This document shows positions 48,046 to 55,966 of a DNA stretch of 64,000 nt, piece by piece (position 1 is the stretch's first letter; every line of letters begins with the position of its first letter). This DNA is from Candidatus Ratteibacteria bacterium (lineage in GTDB: Bacteria > Ratteibacteria > UBA8468 > B48-G9 > JAFGKM01). The stretch is taken from positions 3,621-67,620 of the forward strand of contig JBKBIN010000005.1 in NCBI GenBank assembly GCA_046296715.1, in the 5' to 3' direction. Both the position numbers and the translations under genes were made by a program. Under the pieces are notes generated by a model. That model was not told the DNA's origin. It did no database searches and saw only the letters and a program-made list of their open reading frames with translations.

Positions 48046-48120
48046 GCCCCTGTAGCTCAGGAAGGATAGAGCAGCGGTTTCCTAAACCGCGTGTCGCCCG
48101 TTCAAGTCGGGCCAGGGGCA
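48046..48120 (+). tRNA. tRNA-Arg (anticodon CCU)
   Basis: Acceptor GCCCCTG/CAGGGGC, D arm GCTC/GAGC, anticodon arm GCGGT-TTCCTAA-ACCGC, T arm GCCCG-TTCAAGT-CGGGC. Confidence 0.9.
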
Positions 48121-48141
48121 TTCAGGAAAAACAGAGGGAAA
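48093..48141 (+). repeat. Direct repeat copy 1 (tRNA-Arg 3' part plus 21 nt of flank)
   Basis: GTCGCCCGTTCAAGTCGGGCCAGGGGCATTCAGGAAAAACAGAGGGAAA, identical to 48279-48327. Confidence 0.95.
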
Positions 48142-48278
48142 AGGAGAGACAAAAGGATAGGGAAGGAACTTTAAACGGGCGACACAAAGGGGTTATAGGG
48201 GAAAGGATTGTCCCCTATGTTTTTCGTAGTGGGGGGAGGACTATATCAGGAAGGGGGAAGCACCCCCTCCTGAGATAA
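48142..48278 (+). other. 137-bp GC-rich, hairpin-dense insert between the repeat copies (candidate ncRNA or integration scar)
   Basis: Hairpins at 48195-48218 (8-bp stem) and 48247-48272 (10 bp with one bulge). 48173-48185 is complementary to the tRNA variable/T-arm segment. The composition contrasts with the surrounding sequence. Confidence 0.5.
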
Positions 48279-48327
48279 GTCGCCCGTTCAAGTCGGGCCA
48301 GGGGCATTCAGGAAAAACAGAGGGAAA
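48279..48327 (+). repeat. Direct repeat copy 2
   Basis: Perfect 49-bp copy of 48093-48141; period 186 bp. Confidence 0.95.
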
Positions 48328-48364
48328 TGAATAGGAGAAAAAATAAAAAAAGGAGGTGAGAAAG

Positions 48365-48649
48365 ATGGCAAAATTTATAATGTTTAGTACTTTGACAGAA
48401 AAGGGGGCAAAAACAATAAAACAAAAACCAGATAGGATAAAAGAAGTAAATAAAGAGATTGAAAAAATGGGTGGGAAAATCTTGGAGCAATATGCTATTT
48501 TAGGTCCCTTTGATTTTCTTACAATTATAGAGGTAGAAAATGAAAAAGTCGCTGCAAAAATTTCTCTTGAATTTGCACAAAGAGGGAGTGTAAAAATAAC
48601 AACATACCCAGCAATTGATATAGATGATTTTATAAATATGGTAAAATGA
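48365..48649 (+). CDS. GYD domain-containing protein
   Basis: 94 aa (MAKFIMFSTLTEKGAKTIK...GPFDFLTIIE...) fits the GYD family pattern. The ATG at 48365 follows the extended SD AAAGGAGGTGA. Confidence 0.75.
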   Translation: MAKFIMFSTLTEKGAKTIKQKPDRIKEVNKEIEKMGGKILEQYAILGPFDFLTIIEVENEKVAAKISLEFAQRGSVKITTYPAIDIDDFINMVK

Positions 48650-49416
48650 AATGCAGATTAATTTTATGTGATAATTACGATCCCTTTTTTAATATGGCTT
48701 TTGATTATTATTTTTGGAAAAAATCTGAAAAATTTGAAAACTTGCCTGTTTTGAGATTCTATAAATGGGAGCCAGTTGCTGTTTCAACGGGATATAGACA
48801 AAAAATAAGTAAATTGATTAATTTACAATTCTGTAAAAAAAATAATATCCCTGTTGTTATGAGGCCTACTGGTGGAAGTGCAATTTTTCATGATGTAGAA
48901 ATAACCTACTCTTTATCTGCAAATTTATCACATCATAAATCTTTTTCATCTCCTTATCTTACTTATTTAACCATAAGTAAAGGGTTAATAAACGGTATAG
49001 AAAAATTTGGAATTAAACTAAAAATTAGAGGATTTTCTCAAGGGAAAGAGCCATCTTTTACAGATATGCCATGTTTTTCTTTATCTTCAAGACATGATAT
49101 AGTTTTTAATGAAAAAAAGATTATTGGTTCTGCTCAAAGAAGAAACAATTTTTCTTTTTTACAGCATGGTTCAATTTTAATTGATATTAGAAAAGATTTA
49201 TGGGAAAATATATTTTTAGAGAAAGTTGATTTTTCAAAAATTGGATGTTTGAGTGAATTTGTTTCTGTAAATCAAGAAAAGTTAGTTGAATTTTTAAAAA
49301 ATGGGATAAATGAAGTTTTGAATTTTGAAATATATGAGGATTATCTCAAAGAAGAAGAGAAAAGGGAAATTGAAATTATAGAAAAAAAACTAAAAACGGA
49401 GGGGAAATATGAATAA
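48646..49416 (+). CDS. Lipoate/octanoate-protein ligase family (BPL/LPL catalytic domain) protein
   Basis: RPTGGSAIFHD and KIIGSAQRR motifs; 256 aa; ATGA overlap with the GYD gene. Confidence 0.75.
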   Translation: MKCRLILCDNYDPFFNMAFDYYFWKKSEKFENLPVLRFYKWEPVAVSTGYRQKISKLINLQFCKKNNIPVVMRPTGGSAIFHDVEITYSLSANLSHHKSFSSPYLTYLTISKGLINGIEKFGIKLKIRGFSQGKEPSFTDMPCFSLSSRHDIVFNEKKIIGSAQRRNNFSFLQHGSILIDIRKDLWENIFLEKVDFSKIGCLSEFVSVNQEKLVEFLKNGINEVLNFEIYEDYLKEEEKREIEIIEKKLKTEGKYE

Positions 49417-50158
49417 ATTTTTAGAAAATCTTGGAGTTCAAAGTTATTGTTTCAGGAATTTTAAAGATAATAAAGTTGTGGCAAAGATGATAAAAGAATT
49501 AGGTTTAAACAAGATTGAATTGTGTGGAGTTCATATTGATTTTTTTGATACAAGCAAGTTTAAAGATGTAATTTCTATTTATGAAGAGGAAGGCGTAAAG
49601 ATTTATTCAATAGGAGTTCAATATTTTTCAAATAATGAAATAAATGAGAGGAAGTATTTTGAATTTGTTAAAATTTGTGGAGCAAAATACATAAGCGCTG
49701 ACTTTGATATAAATAAAATTTTTGATTGTTTTAAAGTTGCTGAAAAACTTGCAGAAGAATATGATGTTAAAATTGCTATTCATAATCATGGAGGATGGCA
49801 CTGGCTTGGGAATATCCAGACGCTTGAATATGTTTTTAAAAATACTTCTGAAAGAATAGGACTTTGTCTTGATACTGCATGGGCACTTGATTCAAGGATA
49901 GACCCATTAAAAATGATAGAAACATTTAGTAAAAGATTATATTCTCTTCATTTGAAGGATTTTATTTTTGAAAGAGATAGAAGAGTTGTTGATGTAATTT
50001 TGGGAGAAGGCAATATTGATTTAGAAAAAATTGTTAATAAACTTAAAGATATAAATTTTTCTGGACCACTTATTATTGAATATGAAGGAGAACCAGAAAA
50101 TCCCCTTCCATCTATTAAAAAGGGAATTGAGAATTTCAAAAAAGCAGTCAAATTATAA
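49409..50158 (+). CDS. Sugar phosphate isomerase/epimerase (xylose isomerase-like TIM barrel)
   Basis: 249 aa with IAIHNHG and LHLKD motifs. Confidence 0.7.
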   Translation: MNKFLENLGVQSYCFRNFKDNKVVAKMIKELGLNKIELCGVHIDFFDTSKFKDVISIYEEEGVKIYSIGVQYFSNNEINERKYFEFVKICGAKYISADFDINKIFDCFKVAEKLAEEYDVKIAIHNHGGWHWLGNIQTLEYVFKNTSERIGLCLDTAWALDSRIDPLKMIETFSKRLYSLHLKDFIFERDRRVVDVILGEGNIDLEKIVNKLKDINFSGPLIIEYEGEPENPLPSIKKGIENFKKAVKL

Positions 50159-51788
50159 AGTAACTAAGGGTATTGTTTTTGATTTTGATGGAACACTTGT
50201 AATTTCGCCAATTCCTTTTAAAAAGATAAAAGAAAAGATTTTAAAAGAGGCAAAGAAAAGAAATTTAAGATTTAAAAAAGAACTATCAATACTTGAATTA
50301 CTTGATTTTATTAAAAAAGAAAATAGAAAAAAAGGTAAGGAATTTTATATCATAGGGCATAAGATTTTAAAGGAACAAGAAATAAAAGCAAGTCAAAAAG
50401 CAAAATTAAGGGAAGATGTTATAAAAACACTTAACAACCTTAAAAAAAATAATATTAAAATCGGAATTATCACAAGAAATTGTAAAGAATCAGTTATCAA
50501 TGTTATAAATAAATTTAAAATTCCTTACGATATTCTTTTAACAAGAGAGGATGTAAAGAAAGTTAAACCAAATACCTATCACATTGAAAAATGTTTAAAG
50601 TTGATGGATTTAAAAAAAGATGAAGTGATTCTTGTTGGAGACCATCCTTTTGATATTAGATGCGGAAAAAAATTAAACATTAAAACCATTGGAATTAAAA
50701 GTGAAAACATAGATGAGCGACTATTATATAAAGAAGGAGCAGATTTTTTAATTGATGAGATTAGTGATATTGAATATTTAATTGGCTTAAAAAGTTTTAA
50801 ACAAGGTAAACTTCCTAATAAATTTTTAAGATATTTACTTGAAAAATATACAGATAAAGGCAAAAATATAATTTCAAAAGCAAGTATAGGAAGTGATTGT
50901 GCTATCTTTAAGACAAAAACCAACACAATATTTGCAAAAACTGATCCTATAACACTCACTTCTGAAGATATTGGTTTTTATTTAGTTAATATAAATGTTA
51001 ATGATATTGTAGTTATGGGCGGGATCCCTAAATATTTCCTTTGTACAATTTTATTCCCAAGTGGAACAAAATTCCAAGAGATTGAGAATGTTTTTTTGAA
51101 AATAAGAGAAGAATGTGACAAGTTTAATATAAAATGGGTTGGAGGGCATACAGAAATAATATCTGATATAAAGAGACCTATTTCAGTTGGTTTTGTTGTT
51201 GGAGAAAAAATGAAAAAAATTGATTGTTCAGAGATAAAACAAGGAGATAAAGTTTTCCTTTTAAAAGAGATTGGGATAGAGGCTGCTTCAATTTTAGTTA
51301 GAGAGAAATACAAAGGACTAAAAAAATTTTTTTCAGAAAGATATTTGAAAAAAATTAAAAATTCAATTTATAATCCAGGAATAAGTGTTTTTAAAGAAGG
51401 AGTAATTTTATGGAAAAATTTTAAAATAAAATCTATGCATGATCCAACAGAAGGCGGTATATCAACAGGTTTATATGAAATTTCAGAAAATAAAAATGTA
51501 GGGATATTGGTAGATATTAAAAAACTAAAATTTTATAAGCCACTGATTAAGTTTTGTAAGATTTTTAATCTTAATCCTTTTGGTGTAATTTCTTCTGGTT
51601 GTATAGTTGGAATAGTTGATAAAAAAGAGGTAGAAAAAATGATTGAGTTTTGTAAAAAAAGAAATATTAAGGCTGAAATTATTGGTGAAATTGTAAAGGG
51701 AAAAGGTGTATTCTATTATGAAAAAGGGAAAAAGAAAAGATTTCCTAAATTTGAAAGAGATGAGATAAATAAAATATACCAAAAATGA
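50082..51788 (+). CDS. Fusion protein: N-terminal HAD-like phosphatase plus C-terminal PurM/AIR-synthase-related domain
   Basis: HAD motifs FDFDGTL, ITRN and VGDHPFD. The C-terminal half (GSDCAIF..., VNDIVVMGG, GGHTE) is PurM-superfamily-like. The start is uncertain: ATG 50082, TTG 50076 or TTG 50127, all of which overlap the upstream gene. Confidence 0.65.
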   Translation: MKENQKIPFHLLKRELRISKKQSNYKVTKGIVFDFDGTLVISPIPFKKIKEKILKEAKKRNLRFKKELSILELLDFIKKENRKKGKEFYIIGHKILKEQEIKASQKAKLREDVIKTLNNLKKNNIKIGIITRNCKESVINVINKFKIPYDILLTREDVKKVKPNTYHIEKCLKLMDLKKDEVILVGDHPFDIRCGKKLNIKTIGIKSENIDERLLYKEGADFLIDEISDIEYLIGLKSFKQGKLPNKFLRYLLEKYTDKGKNIISKASIGSDCAIFKTKTNTIFAKTDPITLTSEDIGFYLVNINVNDIVVMGGIPKYFLCTILFPSGTKFQEIENVFLKIREECDKFNIKWVGGHTEIISDIKRPISVGFVVGEKMKKIDCSEIKQGDKVFLLKEIGIEAASILVREKYKGLKKFFSERYLKKIKNSIYNPGISVFKEGVILWKNFKIKSMHDPTEGGISTGLYEISENKNVGILVDIKKLKFYKPLIKFCKIFNLNPFGVISSGCIVGIVDKKEVEKMIEFCKKRNIKAEIIGEIVKGKGVFYYEKGKKKRFPKFERDEINKIYQK

Positions 51789-51810
51789 AAAAAAATGGTA
51801 AAATGATTAT

Positions 51811-52182
51811 ATGGAAGCAAAAAAAATACTTATAATTGAAGACGATCCAGAAGAAAGATTGATTTTAAGTAGAGAATTAAAAAGAAATGGATATATTGTT
51901 TATGAAGCACCAACAGGAGAAGAAGGTCTAAAAATTTTTAAAGAAGATAAACCAGATTTAGTAATTCTTGATGTTATGTTGCCAGGAATTGATGGATGGG
52001 AAGTTTTAAGAAGAATTAAAAAGGGTTTTTTGAGTAGAAAGGTGCCAGTTATGATGCTTACAGGAAAAAGTCAAGACATTGATAAAATAAAGGGTTATGA
52101 AATTGGTGCTGATTATTATGTAACAAAACCTTATAATGTCAATAAATTATTACCTGTTATAAAGAGTTTAATTGAAAAATAA
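51811..52182 (+). CDS. Single-domain response regulator (CheY-like receiver)
   Basis: ILIIEDD, DLVILDVMLPGIDG and KP motifs; 123 aa. Confidence 0.9.
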   Translation: MEAKKILIIEDDPEERLILSRELKRNGYIVYEAPTGEEGLKIFKEDKPDLVILDVMLPGIDGWEVLRRIKKGFLSRKVPVMMLTGKSQDIDKIKGYEIGADYYVTKPYNVNKLLPVIKSLIEK

Positions 52183-52183
52183 A

Positions 52184-53152
52184 ATGGTTGTTAATCTACC
52201 TCCACAATTTCATGAAAAAGAATCAGAATTAAAAAAAGCAAAAACAATAGAAGAAAAAATTTCTATTCTTGAAGAAATGCTGGCAATTATGCCAAAGCAT
52301 AAGTCAAGTGAAAAACTTCAAGCACTTTTAAAAAGTAAAATTTCTAAATATAGAAAGATGCTTGAACAACAACCAAAAACGAAAAAAAAATCTCCGATCC
52401 CAATAATTCAAAGAGAAGGGGCTGGACAAACTGTTATATGTGGACCACCAAATTCTGGCAAATCCACTCTTCTTTCAAAATTGACAAAAGCAAATCCTGA
52501 AATAGGTGATTATCCATTTACAACAAAAATACCTATTCCAGGTATGATGGATTATGAGGATATAAAAATACAGATAATTGATACACCTTCTCTATCTATG
52601 GAATTTACTGAAAACTGGGTAGGTGATTTTTTGAGAAAAGCAGATTCTTTAATATTCTTATTTGATCTATCATCTGATTTTATTCTTGAGGAAATTGAAG
52701 AATCACTAAAAGTTCTTGAAAAGTTTAAAATAAAAGAAGAGGATGGATTTAAGTTTAACAAAAATATTATCTGGGTAGGAAATAAAATTGATTTACCAGA
52801 AAGTAAAGATATAAAAGAAATTTTTTTAGAATTTTATTCTGATAAAATACCTGAAATAATTACAATTTCAGCAAAAAATAATGAGAATCTTGAGATACTT
52901 AAAGAAAAAATCTTTATTTCTCTTGACATAATAAGGGTCTATACCAAAATACCTGGAAAACCACCTGACACTGAAAATCCCTACACATTAAAAAGAAATA
53001 CAAAAGTTATAGAACTTGCAGAGATTATTCATAAAGACCTTGTTAAGAACTTTAAATATGCAAGATTATGGAGACACGGAAATGATAAGTTTATAATCGC
53101 TGGAAGAGATTATGTTCTTTTTGACAAAGACATTATTGAAATACACGCATAA
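52184..53152 (+). CDS. DRG/Rbg-like OBG-family GTPase with C-terminal TGS-like domain
   Basis: The N-terminal helix KHKSSEKLQALLKSKISKYRKML resembles the DRG N-terminus. G1 GPPNSGKST, G3 DTPS, G4 NKID. The ATG lies 1 nt after the CheY stop. Confidence 0.7.
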   Translation: MVVNLPPQFHEKESELKKAKTIEEKISILEEMLAIMPKHKSSEKLQALLKSKISKYRKMLEQQPKTKKKSPIPIIQREGAGQTVICGPPNSGKSTLLSKLTKANPEIGDYPFTTKIPIPGMMDYEDIKIQIIDTPSLSMEFTENWVGDFLRKADSLIFLFDLSSDFILEEIEESLKVLEKFKIKEEDGFKFNKNIIWVGNKIDLPESKDIKEIFLEFYSDKIPEIITISAKNNENLEILKEKIFISLDIIRVYTKIPGKPPDTENPYTLKRNTKVIELAEIIHKDLVKNFKYARLWRHGNDKFIIAGRDYVLFDKDIIEIHA

Positions 53153-53159
53153 ATATTTA

Positions 53160-53187
53160 TTGACTTTTTTAAAATTCGCAATATAAT
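53160..53187 (+). promoter_or_regulatory. Near-consensus sigma-70 promoter for the rpsF operon
   Basis: TTGACT (53160-53165), 16-nt spacer, TATAAT (53182-53187). Confidence 0.65.
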
Positions 53188-53252
53188 AAATAATAAACAA
53201 CAGAGAAAATAAGAGAAAATAAAGATTCTGTTAAATTAGAGGAGGTAAAAAT

Positions 53253-53585
53253 ATGTTGAGAAATTATGAGTTATGTTTTTTAATAAAAGCAGATTTGCCA
53301 GAAGAAGATTTTAATAAGGAAGTTGATTTTATTGAGAGAGTTATTTTAAGAGAAGGAGCAGAAATTGTAAAAAAAGATAATCTTGGAAGAAAGACACTTG
53401 CTTATCCAATAAAAAAGAAAGAGGAAGCAATTTATTATATTTTCTACATAAAAAGCACACCAGACAAAATTTCAAAAATTGAAAGTGAATTTTATAGAAG
53501 AGAAAACATATTGAGATATTTATTTTTAAAGAGGAAAAAATTTGATTTTAAGGAGGAAGTTAATGCCGGGTCCGTTTCTCAATAA
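53253..53585 (+). CDS. rpsF: 30S ribosomal protein S6
   Basis: MLRNYELCFLIK...GRKTLAYPI is typical of S6. Conserved rpsF-ssb-rpsR-rplI order. Confidence 0.95.
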   Translation: MLRNYELCFLIKADLPEEDFNKEVDFIERVILREGAEIVKKDNLGRKTLAYPIKKKEEAIYYIFYIKSTPDKISKIESEFYRRENILRYLFLKRKKFDFKEEVNAGSVSQ

Positions 53586-53961
53586 AGTTTTTTTAATAGG
53601 AAGATTGACAAGAGACCCAGAATTAAGATATACAACAAATGGAAAAGCAGTTGCTACTTTTGGCTTTGCCGTTAATAGAGAATATTTATCAAAAGGGGAA
53701 AAGAAAGAAGATACTTGTTATTTAAATCTTGTTGTTTGGGGCAAACAGGCAGAAATTTGTGCTGAATATCTTAAAAAAGGAAATTTAATATTTGTTGAAG
53801 GTTCTTTACATTACAGAAGTTGGGAAACAGAGAATAACGAAAAGAAATCAACCATAGAAGTCAAAGTTGAAAGATTTCAGTTTTTAGAAAAACCAAATAT
53901 TGAAATAATTGATGAAAAGGAGGAATTGGAAAATGGCGAAGAAGAAGAAGAAAGTTTGTAA
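53563..53961 (+). CDS. ssb: Single-stranded DNA-binding protein
   Basis: NKVFLIGRLTRDPELRYT OB-fold start and an acidic C-terminal tail. The ATG at 53563 follows AAGGAGG. Confidence 0.9.
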   Translation: MPGPFLNKVFLIGRLTRDPELRYTTNGKAVATFGFAVNREYLSKGEKKEDTCYLNLVVWGKQAEICAEYLKKGNLIFVEGSLHYRSWETENNEKKSTIEVKVERFQFLEKPNIEIIDEKEELENGEEEEESL

Positions 53962-54148
53962 GTTCTGCCAAGAGAATTATGAAGAAATTGATTACAAAGA
54001 CATAGGAATTATAAGAAGGTATATAACACCGAGAGGGAAAATTATTTCTTCTAAACAGTCAGGTACATGTGCTAAGCATCAAAGAGCACTTGCAAAAGCA
54101 ATAAAAAGAGCAAGGTTTGTAGGTTTTCTACCATTTGTTAAAATATGA
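53933..54148 (+). CDS. rpsR: 30S ribosomal protein S18
   Basis: CKFC..IDYKD...RRYITPRGKI...GTCAKHQR. The ATG at 53933 follows AAGGAGG. Confidence 0.95.
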   Translation: MAKKKKKVCKFCQENYEEIDYKDIGIIRRYITPRGKIISSKQSGTCAKHQRALAKAIKRARFVGFLPFVKI

Positions 54149-54159
54149 TAAGGTGAAAA

Positions 54160-54609
54160 ATGAAAGTCATATATATTAAGGACTATCAAAATAAGTATAA
54201 AAAGGGAGAAATAAGGGAAGTTAAAGATGGATTTGCAAGAAATTTTTTAATTCCTTATGGGTATGCTCTTGAAGCAACTGAACAAAATATACGACTTTTA
54301 AAAGAGAAAGAAAAAATAGAAGAGTTAAAGAAAAAGAAGAAATTAGATCAAGCAAGAGAATTAAAAAATATTTTAAAAGAAAGTTCAGTTACAATACAGG
54401 CAAAAGCAGGTAGAGATGAAAAACTTTTTGGAGCGATAACTAATGAAATAATAAGTGAAGAAATAAAAAAACAACTTAATATTGACATAGAAAAACATCA
54501 AATAATCCTTGAAGAACCAATTAAAAAACTTGGAATATATAAAATTCCTATAAGATTAGCAGAAGGATTAGAAGGTGAAATAAAAGTTTGGATAGTAAGA
54601 GAAAAATAA
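54160..54609 (+). CDS. rplI: 50S ribosomal protein L9
   Basis: MKVIYIKD...GEIREVKDGFARNFLIP. Confidence 0.95.
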   Translation: MKVIYIKDYQNKYKKGEIREVKDGFARNFLIPYGYALEATEQNIRLLKEKEKIEELKKKKKLDQARELKNILKESSVTIQAKAGRDEKLFGAITNEIISEEIKKQLNIDIEKHQIILEEPIKKLGIYKIPIRLAEGLEGEIKVWIVREK

Positions 54610-54610
54610 A

Positions 54611-55966
54611 ATGCCTAAAAAAAAACAAGAAGTACCCATTGATAGAATTCCTCCACAAAATATAGACGCAGAAAAAGCACTTTTAGGATGTATGCTTCTT
54701 GATGAGGAGGCAAGAATTAAAGTTCTTGAAAATTTTAAGCCTGAATTTTTTTATAATGAAGCACATCAGAAAATTTTTTCTTCTATTGTAAAACTTTTTG
54801 AAAAAGGGGAAAAGTGCGATTTTATAACTTTATCCGACTCTTTAAGAAGTGAAAATTTGCTCGATGAAGTTGGTGGAGTTGAATACCTTTCTCACATAGT
54901 TGAGAGTGTTCCTACATCTGCCTATGTTGATGAATATATGAAGATAGTCAAGGAAAAATATATATTAAGGACTCTAATTTCAAATGCAACAAAAATAATT
55001 ACAGAAGCATATAATCAACAAGATGAAATTGAAACACTTTTAGATAAAGCCGAATCCTTAATATTTGAGGTAAGTCAGAATAAAATAGAAAAAGAAGCAT
55101 ATCCTTTAAAAATTCTTGTTAGAGATGCAATTGAAAATATAGAAAAAATTCGTGAAAGGAAAGGCTATGTTACAGGACTACCAACTGGATTTATTGATCT
55201 TGATAAAATGACAACTGGACTTCATCCATCTGATTTTATCATTATTGCTTCAAGACCATCAATGGGAAAAACAGCTCTTGCTTGTAATATAGCATTAAAT
55301 TTGAATTCTGGTTTTGAAAAAGTTCCTACTCTAATCTTTTCTCTTGAAATGAGTAAAGAACAAATTGTTCAGAGGATGTTATGTAGCGAAGCAAAAGTAA
55401 ATATTTTAAAATTAAGGCAGGGAGTTCTCTCAGATAAAGAGATAACTAAATTGCTCCTGGCAGCTTCTCATCTTGAAGCATCTCCAATTTTTATTGATGA
55501 TACTCCATCTTTAAATATTTTTGAATTAAGAGCAAGGGCAAGGAGATTGAAAGCAAAAGAAAACATTCAAATTATAATTATTGATTATCTACAATTAATG
55601 AAAGGCAAAGGGAAAGCAGAAAATAGACAACAAGAAATAAGTGAAATATCTGCTGCTTTAAAATCACTTGCAAAGGAGTTAAATATACCTATCATTGCAG
55701 TTTCTCAATTAAGTAGAGCTACTGAACAGAGAGCCGATAAAAAACCTCAACTTGCAGATTTGAGAGAAAGTGGTTCAATAGAGCAAGATGCAGATCTTGT
55801 GTTACTCTTATACAGAGAGGAATACTATAACGAAACAGAAGAGAATAAAGGTAAAGCAGAAGTTATAATTGCCAAACAAAGAAATGGTCCCACTGGTTCT
55901 ATTTTTCTTACATTTTTAGAAGAATATACAAGATTTGAAAATTATACTCCAAGAGAAGAAATATGA
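54611..55966 (+). CDS. dnaB: Replicative DNA helicase
   Basis: PPQNIDAEKALLGCML N-terminus, Walker A SRPSMGKT, IIDYLQLM, and SQLSR motifs. Confidence 0.95.
   Translation: MPKKKQEVPIDRIPPQNIDAEKALLGCMLLDEEARIKVLENFKPEFFYNEAHQKIFSSIVKLFEKGEKCDFITLSDSLRSENLLDEVGGVEYLSHIVESVPTSAYVDEYMKIVKEKYILRTLISNATKIITEAYNQQDEIETLLDKAESLIFEVSQNKIEKEAYPLKILVRDAIENIEKIRERKGYVTGLPTGFIDLDKMTTGLHPSDFIIIASRPSMGKTALACNIALNLNSGFEKVPTLIFSLEMSKEQIVQRMLCSEAKVNILKLRQGVLSDKEITKLLLAASHLEASPIFIDDTPSLNIFELRARARRLKAKENIQIIIIDYLQLMKGKGKAENRQQEISEISAALKSLAKELNIPIIAVSQLSRATEQRADKKPQLADLRESGSIEQDADLVLLLYREEYYNETEENKGKAEVIIAKQRNGPTGSIFLTFLEEYTRFENYTPREEI

Noticed and set aside
48247-48272. GGAAGCA-containing hairpin considered as SRP (4.5S) RNA domain IV; CUGAGAU at 48270-48276 considered as a hammerhead core
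   Set aside because: The apical loop is AAGCA on a plain G5/C5 stem. It lacks the GNAR tetraloop and the symmetric and asymmetric loops of SRP RNA. CUGAGAU does not match CUGANGA, and no GAAA or cleavage-site arrangement is present.
48279-48306. The second repeat copy as part of a second or split tRNA gene
   Set aside because: Only the T arm and the acceptor 3' strand are present. No matching 5' acceptor strand (GCCCCTG), D arm or anticodon arm lies upstream within the insert.
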